Shown: positions 1-11,639 of the stretch, piece by piece
How positions within the stretch are numbered: position 1 is the first letter of the stretch
Layout: every line of letters begins with the position of its first letter
Source: Lama guanicoe
Lineage: Eukaryota
Direction: 5' to 3'
Length of the DNA: 64,000 nucleotides
Assembly: GCA_013239625.1 (NCBI GenBank)
Contig: MU053933.1
Span: 3,091,817-3,155,816 of the forward strand
Position numbers and translations under genes: made by a program
The notes under the pieces: generated by a model
What the model saw: the letters and a program-made list of their open reading frames with translations, nothing else
Told to the model about the DNA's origin: nothing
Databases searched by the model: none

Positions 1-1877
1 GAGGGGCTGCGGCCTGACTTCCCTGGCAAATGGCAGCTGAAGGTTCTGAGGCTCGACAAGCAAGCTGGAGAGCACCCCGACCCGGCTTCCCTGGGAGCAG
101 CTGGGCAGCGTCCCAGGAAGTGGAGGACTGCCTTACCCCATGACCCCGCGGCCCTGCTCCTGGGAGTACACTCGAGAAAAACCAGGCGGGTGTGCCAAGG
201 AGACAGGTGTGAGCGGGTCCCTGTGTAAACACTGGGGCCCGATCCATGAACACACTCGTGCAGAAAGGAGAGTTAGACCTGCATGCATCAGCGCGGGCGA
301 GTCCCAACAACCTGGTCCTGAGTGTCCACGGAAGCGGATGTGTGCCCTGTGATGCCGTGTACGACAGTTTTCTGAGCACACAACGTGGTGGGAAATCTGG
401 CTGGGGCACGTGCAGTGTGGTAGGAGTGCGATGGCAGGGCCTCTTGGGCAGCGGGGGCACCCGTTTCTAGTCTTTCATGTGTTTTGTTCATTTAGAAGGA
501 AGTGGAAGCAAATACAGTGCAGTGCTAACGTCTGTTAATGCTTAACATTGAGTGTGCCGCTGTCTCTCTGGTTTTAGTTTCTCTAGCTTTGAAAGACTTT
601 GTGGTGAGAAATTAAAACCTCTTTCAAACTAAATCCGACGAGCCCTCTCATGAAGGGAGCGTTGTGCCCAAGCCCCTGGCTCGGAGGGCATCCTGACGTG
701 AATCACTGCCCTGGTCACTGAGGGTCAGAGTTCCCGCTGCGCCTCCGGCGTCCCGAGCCCTGGCGGGCCTGGTCCAAGCCCCAGTCAGGCACTGAGGCTT
801 CTCCGGGCATCCGGTGCTCGGTCCCTGGATGAAGTGTGGACTTTCTGCTGTGGCTGTGGTTTGAGGAGAGTCCCCAGGAGTTCCCGAGGGCCCCGCTCTG
901 CCCAGGCTAGGACTGTCCTCTCCCAAGGCCCCTTACCCTGGCCTGGTGGTCTGGGGGGTCACTGAGCTGGGTGGACCCTCCTCCTGGAGCTCTTCCCTTC
1001 CTCTGGGGAGGGGGAGGTCTAGCCTGAGAAGGTCACCGTGGCACCGAGGGAGGACCCCCAGGCGCAGAGAGGTGCCCCAGGGAACAGGGCTGGAAGGGGG
1101 CCTGACGGGGTGGCAGACTTGACTGCTGGCTTGCGGCGTGTTTCCAGACTCCCTCTGCAGGATAACGTGGGGTTAGAATGTGCCCTGCCCTCCGTCTGCC
1201 ACCGACCGCAAGCGGGGCTCCCAAGGGGCCCTTCTCTCCCCTCGTGGTGGGTGCTCACATGTGAACGTGGTCGCCCTGCAGGTCACGCGGTCTCCCAGAA
1301 GCTGGGAGCACAGACCACACTTCCACCTTGAAGTTACACGTGTGCAGGGAGTGAAGGCTGCCGGCGCCTCCAGGGGTAGCTGTGTGGAAGGCTGGCGCCC
1401 TCCCGTCCACCCGCCGCCCTGTGATGGCCGGGCGGTCCCCGTGGCCGCGGGCCTGAGGGGCCCTGTCACTCGGCCGTTTCTGGAAGCACAGGGCACGGGG
1501 CGCCGTGGGAGCCGTCACCTTGGCGCTTCTGCCTCTTTCACCTTTTGGTTCATTTTCACCCCCCCTCAGCCTCCATCCTCCCTCCTGCTCCGTCCTCGCT
1601 CCCTCCTCCATCTGTCCATCCGTCCGTCTGTCTCCCCCTGGACTCTGCTTATCTCCCACATTCTGTGCTCTTTCCTTTCCTGGCAGGGTCCCTGCCTCTC
1701 CCTCCGTGACCCTTCTCGAGCTGGTCAGGGCCATCGGATGGCCGGGACGCCTGGCGCCAGGTGCAGGGCAGTTTTGTGCCCCAGTTCACTCCCCACTCTC
1801 AACCCCGACGACCTGGTCCCCTGCAGGCCCACTGCGGCCCCACGCAGCCCAGCCCCTGCATCCCGTCCCCACTTCCT

Positions 1878-2157
1878 GCCGCCACTCCCTGGCCGAGTTG
1901 TACAGGCTCCCATCCCTCTCCGCGCTCTTCTTCTCCCTGGGGTGGCCCTGCCCATGGCTGCACGTTGTCTTGGAGTTTTGGGTAACATGAGCTTCCAGGT
2001 ACCAAAGGGCATCCCTCTCCGCGCACGCCGCCGCTCCCTGGCCGAGTTGTACAGGCTCCCATCCCTCTCCGCGCTCTTCTCCCTGGGGTGGCCCTGCCCA
2101 TGGCTGCACGTTGTCTTGGAGTTTTGGGTAACATGAGCTTCCAGGTACCAAAGGGCA
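1878..2157. repeat. Near-perfect tandem duplication of about 134 bp (1878-2011 and 2027-2157)
   Basis: Both copies read gccgcc(a/g)ctccctggccgagttgtacagg...ccaggtaccaaagggca. They differ by one substitution and a 3-nt ttc indel. Confidence 0.95.
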
Positions 2158-2334
2158 AGTGGGAAGGAGGCGGGGCGGGGACGGGGGAAGCTCTGTGGCG
2201 CAGCCTGGCTCCGAGGCCCTGGAGGGACCGGGCTCTGTGCCCAGAACCTGGCCCGTCCCTGCCCCCCAGCACCTTGATGTTTCTCCCTAGAGTAGCATCT
2301 TCCTGCGAGTCACGTGTTGAAAATAAGTGACTGT

Positions 2335-2398
2335 TGGAATTTGACACAACACTGTAAAATGATTATGAATCAATAAAAATGTAAAAAAAAAAAGAAAA
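2335..2398 (+). mobile_element. Extremely 5'-truncated L1 3' tail with A-rich end and 16-nt target-site duplication
   Basis: ttgacacaacactgtaaaatgattatgaatcAATAAAaatgt(A)n, flanked by gaaaa(t/g)aagtgactgt at 2319-2334 and 2399-2414. The preceding tt|gaaaa resembles an L1 endonuclease site. Confidence 0.8.
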
Positions 2399-3329
2399 GA
2401 AAAGAAGTGACTGTCCACAGGACCCCGCAATGTGGGTTTGTGGAACTTCCTCTCTGCCGCCTTCAGCCCCCACGCCACTTTGACCCAGCTTGAGGGCCAG
2501 CCTGCCACAGTCAGGAGGCCGTACCCCTGGGCCCTTGGCGAGCTGATTTGAGGCTTGTCTCCAGCCCTGGGGCTGGGGGTGGGGTGGTGGTGTCACCTGG
2601 GGTGCAGCAAAGTCACCAAGAAGAGAGCAGCAGTCAGGGCCTCTCTCCCAGTCCCCCTCGTCCAGGCCCCCTCGTCTAGGCCCTGCCCTCGCACCACAGC
2701 TGCGCCACACAGGCCACAGGCAGGGCTGTCCCCTTAGCCCCCGGGTCGGGGGTTCCATGTCAGACCTTTCACTGAGGGGCACCCCCCAGGTCTGGGAACA
2801 CACTGCATCCTCTCCAGAGGGACCAGCTTCCTGGGGTGACTTCAGGCCCAACCAGGGTCTTTCTGGCTCTCAGATAAACAGGGGCTGAGGTCACTTGGAG
2901 TCACAGAGCAGCCCCTGCGGTGATCACAGTCTTCAGACGCGTTTCCTTTTTTCCCTGATTCTTAATGATGGGGGGAAAGATTCTGCTTCCATTTTAGGTC
3001 CTGTTTAAAAGAAGGATTAGAGGGAAAGAGGGTGAATATCTTCTAAGTTACTGAAGAAGATAACGAACAAAGTATCTAGGACCTAGCTCATCAATCGTAC
3101 TTGAGTGTAGGTGAAAAGATATTTCACATGAGCCAAAGACATTAAATAAGGAATCAAAAAAATCATAAGGAGGAGTTGACAAGTAGGGTGACTTATAAGC
3201 CTACAGATAATAAACGGACATTATTAAACCCTGCTATTTCAAAATAAGCAACCATTAAACTACCCTATTCAGAACAGAGCTTCTCAGATTGATTTGGAAA
3301 ATGGAAATGTGTGTACACAGGAGAAATGA

Positions 3330-3507
3330 TCGTGGGGGGACACGGGGAGAAGGCAGCCATCCATGCGCCAAGGGGAGAGGCCCTGGGGAAGCCAGCCCTG
3401 CCCAGACTCTGATCGCAGACCTCCGGCCTCCAGGCTGCGAGAAAATAAGTTTCTGCTGCAAGCTGCCCAGCCTGTGGTGGTGTACGGCGGCTGCCCGGGC
3501 TGACACA
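3330..3507 (+). mobile_element. MaLR (MLT1-like) LTR 3' part
   Basis: gagaaggcagccatc...gccagccctgcc...cctccggcctccaggctgcgagaaaataagtttctgctg...cccagcctgtgg...ctgacaca is typical MLT1 end sequence. Subfamily not determined. Confidence 0.75.
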
Positions 3508-4879
3508 GTGCTTTCGGGGGGGCTTGTCAACGTCTAGAGAACTTTCCCCTGCGTTTACCCTTTGTCCGGTGGTCCTGTTCTCGGGCCCTCCCCCAGAGCA
3601 TTGCTGGCAAAAATAGGCGTGACCAATAGGCACGGAGTAGACACGCAGACGGCTGTTCATTTCAGCCCTAAATTAAATAGGTGCATGTGTATCGAGTTGG
3701 TGAGGCAACCACACAGGAAAACATTGCTTCAGATGCCTTCATAACATGACGGTTGTAACTGCGTATCCCAAGTGGAGTATGTCCCAAGGGAAATAAAGCA
3801 GTTCGGTAGAGTCCGTGTTAGGAACAACATTGTCGCTGTTGTTTTTAAACTGTTACGTATATTTGGGTAAATACTTTCCGTGTATCTCCATCTTAAGTTC
3901 TTTTCTGGATTTTTTGTTTCTCTGCTCGGTTTTCCCTAACCTTTTTTCCCCTTTCTGTTCTTCATTTGGACCTTTTCTGTTGACCGCTTTTCCAGTTTAC
4001 TTCCCTGGCCTTCTGCTACGTCCAGCCCCCTGGGAGCCCCACACAGAGAGTTTTTTCTTTCGGATTTTGTAATTTTCAGGTTTAGAATGCATTTTTCTTT
4101 ACCTTTTCGTTCTTGGTGGGGATAGCCCACATCCGTTTTTTTCCACCTTTCCCTTTCTTTTTCATTACATAATCGCCGGGGCTATTTCGAGTCTTGCCTG
4201 CTGACATTAATGTCTGGATGACGTCTGGGTCCCGTTGACTATTTGCTGCTCACTGCACATCCAGGGACTCCTGCTGTGTGCTGGGCATCACTGGTGAAGT
4301 GTTTTAGGGTTCCCCCGTCCCCGTTTGTTCTAGGGGGGACTGAAGGGGCCAGGGTCCCCGTGACGCTCTCAGGACTGGATTCGGCTTTGTCAGGGCATCG
4401 TCTGTCTGTGTCCATGTTGCTGGGCCCCGGGCCATTGCCCCCTCGCCGGAACCTTACAGCAGCTTCAGCGGAAGGCTTGGTCTGCTGTCCGGGGCCCTCC
4501 TGCTGCGCTGTCAGTGTGACCTGCGCCTCCCGGCGGCCCTCCCAGAGTCTCAGAGTCTCCCTTTCTGCAGACACAGATTAGGGCTTCACACAGGTTTGGG
4601 GATACCTTCTCTAGAGCTGACAGCAGTCCCAGCACCTACCAGCTCTGCACCTCACTTGGAAAGCACCCTCTGGGGCAAGCAGGGTGAGCGGGTCTCCCCC
4701 GCAGCCTCCGCTTCCCCAAGGACCACGTCTGTCTGTCCTCCAGCTCCTACACGGGCTCCCACCGGACAGCAGGTCTACCCCAGTGGCTGCTCCTGGGCCC
4801 AGTCCTAAACGCCACCACGTGTGAGCAGTCAGCTTGGTGCCTTTGGAAGCAAGAGTGGTCGCGTACCAGAAAAAGCTGT

Positions 4880-5420
4880 GTTTGTTGGGGGTTTTTATCA
4901 GGCATGGTGCTGAATTTTGTCAGGCGATTTTCCCTGCATCTCCTGGAATGATAATTTTCTGCTGTATCCCGTTAATATGGTGAATTATACTGATCGATTT
5001 TGCAAGTGTGAAACCAACTTTGCATTCCCGATGTAAACACTATTTGGTCACAATTCTTGGGTTTTTCTTGCTGATACTTTTGTGAGGGGCTTACACGTAC
5101 GGTCACGAAAGAGACTGGTGTGCAATTTTCATTTTTCTCATATCTTCATCAGATTTTACAATCAGAGTTACGCTTGCTTTGTATGATGACTTTGGAATTA
5201 TTTCTTCTTCCTCTATTTTTCTGAAGCAGTTTGTGTGAGATTGGAGTTACGACATCTTCACACGTTTGGCAGAATTTCCCAGTGTCTAGAGTCTCCTTGG
5301 TGGGAAGGGATTTGCCAACAAATTCAACTTTTTCAACATCTACAGCTGTGTCCACATCCGTTCTTAGTCTGTGTCAGTTCTGGAGGCTGTGGTTTTTAAA
5401 ACTTCCCATTCACCTGAGCT
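4880..5420 (-). mobile_element. Old L1 ORF2 fragment (RT region)
   Basis: Minus-strand peptide GKFCQTCEDVVTPISHKLLQK resembles L1 GEFYQTFKEEIIPILHKLFQK. Boundaries approximate. Confidence 0.75.
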
Positions 5421-5639
5421 GATACGTGCGGGCTGACGGAGTTCATCATCGTGACCCCAGGTCGCCGTTTTGATGTCCGCAGGGTCCACAGGGGCAACTT
5501 GTCTTCACATCTGCTGTTTGGGATTTTCCTTTTCTCTCCTTTTGTCTTTATCGGAGGGTTTTCAGTTTAAAGGTTGTGAACTTATTTTATTTTTCTTTAT
5601 TGTTTGTCTGTGTTTCCATTGGCTTCCATTCATGTTTGT

Positions 5640-6090
5640 TATTCCTGCTGTAGCCACTTCCTGCGCTGCCTGAGTATATTACCGCAGACTCCCAGCCGTC
5701 TGCAGAGCGGACCCCAGCACAGGGCCCAGCACGGGCCCACTGGGCTCAGGCCAGGGCCTGGCCGCCCTGCACCCCTTTCTGGAGGCTCGGGGAGGGTTCG
5801 CTTCCTTGCTTCTCCCAGCCCCTCTCCCTCCCACCTCGCACCTCGGCACCTCTCTCTGAGCCTTCTTCCAGCATCACTTTTCCCTCTGAGGTAGCTCAGA
5901 AGGTTCTCCACCTTAAAGAGCTCAGGTGGTTGTACTGGGCCCGCCCGGATAACCCAGGATAACCTCCCTGTTTGGAGGCTGGTAACCTCAGTCCCACCTG
6001 CAGAGTCCCTCTGCCACTGAGGGCAGTTCGCACTTGCCGGGGGGCTCGGGGGCGGCATCTCCGGCGCAGGGGTTGCTCTGCCCGCCACCC
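5640..6090 (-). mobile_element. MaLR (MLT1-like) LTR, antisense, nested in the L1
   Basis: ttctggaggctc...ggcccgcccggataacccaggataacctccc...cctgcagagtccct are characteristic MLT1 segments. Confidence 0.65.
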
Positions 6091-6099
6091 TCCCTTGCT

Positions 6100-7130
6100 T
6101 TACTTCTCGCTTCTTAAAGCAGAAGCCACTTACCTTGTCTAAGTTGAGCGCTCAGTCCTGAGATCTCCGTCACAGTCCTGCTTTAGCCGTGGTCCACACG
6201 TGTGGGTACACTGTGTTTTCATTTTCGTTCAGTTCATTGCATATGTTGAGTTTCGCTTGCGGTTCCCTCTTGTCCATGGATTATCCAGAGGTGTGTTGTG
6301 TTATTTCCAAGTGTTTAGAGACGATCCTGTTATCTTTCAGCCATTGCTCTGATTTGATTTAATTGTACTCAGAGAATGCACTCTGTGTGATTTTAATTCT
6401 TGCCGATGTGCTGAGATGAGCTTCACGGCCCCGGCTGCGAGCTGTCTGGGTGAATGTTCGCAGGTGCTTGAGAAGAACGTGTGCTCCGCTGCCGTGGGCT
6501 GGAGTGATCTGCAGCGTCAGCCGCCTCATTTGGGGATGGTGTTAAGTCCTCCTGTGTTGTTCGTGATTTTCTGTTCCCTTGTCTTGCCAGTTGTTGAGAG
6601 GTGGGGTCTTGAAATCTCCAATGTAAACGTGGCTTTATCTGTTTTTCCTTTGCTGTCAGTCTTTCATGGATTTTGTGCTTTGTTTTTCGGTGCACAGATA
6701 TTTAGGGCTGCTCACTTTTCACGGAGAGACTTTTTTCATCGCTATGAAATGACTTCTTTGTCCCTGCCTGTTGTCTTTGCTCTGAAGTCTGCCGCATCTG
6801 GCGTTGCTGTAGCCATTCCTGGTTTTTAAGAAAGAATGTTTGCTTGGACTGCGAATAGTTGGGTCTTTTTTTTCCTTTAATACCTTCTGCCAATCTCTGT
6901 CTTTTATTGGTGTATTTAGACCATTTATAGCATAATGTAACAATTATTGCTACGTTAGGGCTGAGGGCTGCCATTTTACTGTTTGTTTTGTGTTTGTTTG
7001 CTGTGGTTTTTCTTTTCTGTGTACTCCTCCGCCTCCTTTGGGTTACTTGACCATTGTTTTTTAGAATTCCATTTTGATTTATCTGTAATGTTTTTGAGTG
7101 CATCCCTTTTATAGGTTTTTAAAGTGGCAG
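6100..7130 (-). mobile_element. Old L1 fragment (ORF2 endonuclease N-terminus)
   Basis: Minus-strand peptides INGLNTPIK and KRQRLAEGIK match L1 endonuclease NVNGLNxPIKRxRLAEWIK. Confidence 0.8.
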
Positions 7131-10100
7131 TGTCTGCAGGCTGAGCAGGGAGCTGAGCAGCACTGGGGGTGAGGGGGCCTGTCCCATCTTCTTGCCTCAT
7201 GGTCCAGCCTTGGCGTTCCTGCTCGCTGAGATGGCAAGCACTCACCTGCGGCGTGGAGGGCAGGCCCCCTGCCATGTGTCCTGTGCTCACCAAGGCCATG
7301 GGTGGGCCCAGCGGGTTTTGCTGGCCTCTTGGGGAAACCATCCTCACAGAAGCATTTTGGAAAGGGCAGTCTGCGTGAATGCGAGTCGGGGGAGCGAGAC
7401 GGACTGGTGGCAGTCTGCACCGTGCCCAAGGTGTGCTTTATTCCATGTTGAGCTAACGGAGACGCGAGCGGGGGTGGGTGCTAGCGCGGGCCCTGAGGCG
7501 CTGCTGCACCCAGTGCCTTTCAGGGCACCTTCTCATCTGCTGCCTCGTGGGGTCAGGGTGGAACCACACGTTTTCCAGACCCGGCAGCACTGCTCCTCGG
7601 GACCCCGGCTGTCGGTCCTTGCGTCTCCCCCTCCCTGCGCTGCTTTCTGGAATGTTCTGGGAGGTGCAGGGTGTCTGCACGTGTGCTATGTCTCGAGGTG
7701 GCATGCTCAAACTGACTCACACATCGAGCATTTGCAGGAAGCCATGTTTGGACAGAGGCTTCTGTGGCTCAGGCAAGCTGGAAGAGATGGCATGTCCCCA
7801 GGTGTGCCTGGGTGCACTGGCAGACAGGGAGGGGTGCAGTCACCTTCTGGGTGGGCACAGGGACCACTTGGGAGACCGGGACCATGGGGGTTGAAGGTGA
7901 AGTCGTGGGCTGGGTGGCTGCATGGTGACAGGCTGACCCCTAAGGGCGGAGCGAGCTGGGTGCCAGGGTGCGGGGCCTCAGAGGGCCGGGTCAGCACAGC
8001 CTTGATGCGAGCAGAGCAGAGAGCTGCCCGAGCAAGCCATTCACTGAGGTCTGCAGCTGGAGAACACGGGTGATGAAGAGGGACCAGTGTCCAGTGATGA
8101 AGGCAGACATAGCTGGGGAGCGAGTGACGCAGGTGCCAGGGGACCTGGTCCTTGTGACCTGGGGACTTTGAGCTTCTCCCTGACATGTGGAGAGCGGCGT
8201 GGGGCAGGGAGGCCAGGGCTCTGCGTGGACTCCGGGCTGCCCTCGGGGTCTGTGCCCACCTCCCTCTGGAGTGCAGCCTGGAGGCCCTATCCACTTGTGA
8301 GAATAAGCTGAAATTCATAGTCTGGGACATGGTGGCCAGCTGAGGAGGACGGTGACACTGCAGCCATGGGTGAGACCTGCCCGTGAATGTCTGGCCAGGC
8401 ACTCAGCTTGAGCAACTCCCACGTGCTGGCTGATGCTGCCGGACCGAGAGGTGCCAGGCTGGTCTCCACCTGCCGGAAACTCCTGGTGGGAGACAGGCAT
8501 GGACCATTAACCAGGGGACACCATCCGCGGGAGGGGACCACGGATCAGATGTTCTCAGCTGAAGGCCCAGGCATGACAGGCTTAGTTGAGCCTCCCCAAA
8601 ACTGTTCAAACATCCTCGCTCCCTGAGTGAGCCCTGGCCCTCCTCCTTGGGACAGGCTGTGCAGTGGGAGTTAGTTCTGGAAGCAGGTGGAGTTCCTTGA
8701 AGACCTGGAAGGCCCATCACCTGAGCTCTTACTGCCCTGGCCCTCTCCCCACTCCTACCCCAGGGCCTTTGCACACACCCGGCCAGCTGGAGTGCTCTGC
8801 TCCCGGACGTGACGGAGGTACTCGTACAGCATACACTGGCTGGGGGGACAGAGTTGCTTGGGGTGGGAACCTCCTCACTGCGAGACCTTCCCCTCAGTGC
8901 AGACCGCCGCTCCACCCTCTCCCTCCCCGTGAGCTGGTGTACTGAGTGCTCTGCGAAGCCGGCCATCATGAGGTGTGGGCCGAAGCAGAGACATCAGTCC
9001 AGCGGGGGTGACACAGGGCCTGGGCACCCATTCTTGGCCTGCCTGTGTCCAGTGCCAAGTGTGCCTGGCCTTAGGTCGAGGTGACCTGGTGGGGCCTGCA
9101 CAGGCCGGGCAGCATTGCACGTGGGTCCAGAAACACAGTGGTCTCTGTCACGGGGGTGCGGCCTGCCCCAGAGCCGAGACGTCTGCACTGTCCTGACAGC
9201 GGAGTGTCCCACGCTTGTGCTGATGCACCAGCCCTGAGATCTTTAACTCCCCCAGCCTCTGGCCCCGTGCCCCCAGAGCATCTGGACATCTTGCTGTTTC
9301 CTGCTCACCGTGTCCACGTAGAAAGTGCCACCATGAAGTGGCCGGGTGTACAGTGTGTGCTGTCGGAAACACGTACAGGTCCCTGCAGCGTGAGCGGGGC
9401 TGTTCGCTCCTCCAGGAGAGCAGCTGAACTCCATCCCCCGTAGTGTGTGGCCTGGGAGGGGTGCTCCCAGGCGAGTGTCTGGGACCAGTCAGAGGCCACA
9501 CGGCAGCCCAGGGTGTCGGCCATGGTCCGCCTGTTTTTCACAGTGGAGACTGGGAAGGGGCTCCCGGGATCCCAGGTCCTGAGCCCCAAAGTCCTTCGTG
9601 GTGGCTCTGACTCCGCGGCTCCTCCCGTGTGCTGCCTCGCTGGGGAGGCGAGGTTTCCAGGGACCACACTTGGCCTCTCTACCTCGATGTCTTCCTCCGA
9701 GACCAGGGGACAGGGGGCATCTGGCGGCTGCTAAGTGTCCCAGCCAGTTGTGCGCTCGGGGACCCCTGCGGTGTTCCCGGCACACTGGGCCCCGGGCAGG
9801 CTTCCTGAGCCTCCCCCCTTATGCCCGTGGCTGGTCATCAGAAGAGGGGCCGTGCTTGTCGTCAGGACACCGCGAGTCAGAGCCGGGTCAGCACGTGCCG
9901 TCTGGAACGCCGGAGGAGACAGTTTGGGATTGTGGGCTGCGCAGCCTTTGTAGCTTCCGCTCAGCTCTGCCAGTGAGGTGGGCGGGCCTGTGAACCGCAG
10001 ACATGGGGCGTGGGCTGGGTTTGGTCCAATACGTTCCTAGTCTGTTTCTGAGAATCCTTCAGAGAATCTTTTTCTTTGAAGACCTGAGATTAGGCCAGTG

Positions 10101-11639
10101 GAATTCTGCTGCCACCTAGTGGCTGATAATTTTGCTGGGTAAACTCACACCCTTTCACCTTGAGGGTTCTGGTTCTCTAAGGGGAGACTGAAGGCTTCCA
10201 GAACCCCCAGATGGGAAGTGCTTCCCCCCCGCTTGAGTTTGGGGGCTCTGTTGGCCAACATCCTCTTGCACCTCCTTGGAGAAGCCCGCATACCCACGTC
10301 AGGACCCCGCTCCAGGTGTGGCTGCGTGTCTGTGAGCTTGAGGGTGGGGAGGGGCGGCGACTGAGCATGTCCGTCCATCCATCTGTCCGCAGCTGTGATC
10401 CGTGAGACTCGGCCTCGCCTCCACCTGCAGCCTCCCCACCTCACCGGAGGCCGCGCCTTCCCCTCCTCGCTTCAGGCCGGCGCGTGCTCTCCAGGGAGGG
10501 CCGGTGACCTGTGAGGACCAGGCCGCAGCGCAGGGAGCGGCCTTGCGGGGAGGCCCCTGGTCCTGGCCTGCCCATGCCCCGCACAGAGCCCCTCCCCCAG
10601 CCAGGCTGGTCAGGTAGTGAGGGCACCTGTCAGACACGCCTGCGAGCTGGCAGGACTCTGCACGGACACGGGGGAGCCTGGGCGGGAGCTTGGGCGGGGA
10701 GTAGGCAGAGGCCGGCCTGGCCGCACCTGTCTGGCCCCATCCGTGACCCGGGGCTTCCCTTCTAGGGAGCTTGGGCTGACGACAGCGGGAGATGGGGCCT
10801 TGGGTCCCTGGAAATGGGGGCCCAGGAGGTCCCCTCATGAAGCTGAGGGGGCAGCTCAGTGCAGGGGCGTGGGGAGGACAGTGACGAGCCCCCCACCTCG
10901 GCCTGGGCCCCCCAGAACAATTCAGCCCTCGGCTGGCCCTCTGGAGGCGCTGGCCCGAGCTGGCAGCCCTGGGAGGCGGGCAGAAGCGAAGGTCTGCACC
11001 CCACCCAGTCCTGCCGCCCGCTAGCCGCTGGGCTGCGGTCATGTTTTGGAGCCAGTGAGTCAGATGGAGAAGGTGTGTGAGGCCCCGGGGGTGGGTCTGC
11101 GTGAGCCTGGCCAGAGGGCCTTTCAGACTGGCGGTGGTGGGGGACCTTCGCTGAGGATGGCAGCCAGCTTCCCGTCCCCCCACTGGGCCCAGTGTGCTCC
11201 TGGGCTGTGTCAAAAGCTCAGGGTGTCAGAAGAGCACAGTGACCACCTGCTCCCGAGGCCTGGGCCTCGGGCAGCCCCTCCTCCCACACACTTCCGAGGG
11301 GCCCGGTCTCTCAGCCAGTGTCGCCTGCTGGCGGTGAGGTCCACCTCCCGTCCCAGCCTCACGGGACAGCACTGCCCTCAGCCCCATGTGGCTGGGGTGA
11401 TGTCTGTCTAGGCGACACTGTGTGGTGACAACCCCTCCTGTCCCTCGGGCTCCTCTGTGGTCCCTCCCTGAGCACAGTGTCCCTCGTGCTTGGTCCCACC
11501 TCGCTGGGTTCCAGGCTGTCACACGGGCCCAGTGTCCGGCAGACTGGGGTCCCTACCTTCCTTTGGTCCCTCGAAAGCAAGCTGTGGACATATGTTGTGG
11601 CTGGAAGAGCCTCCAAAAAACCTTGGCCCTGCTTCCCTG

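Noticed and set aside
1180..2136. 318-aa ORF with an internal repeat
   Set aside because: Pro/Arg/Leu-rich with no domain. The repeat simply reflects the tandem duplication.
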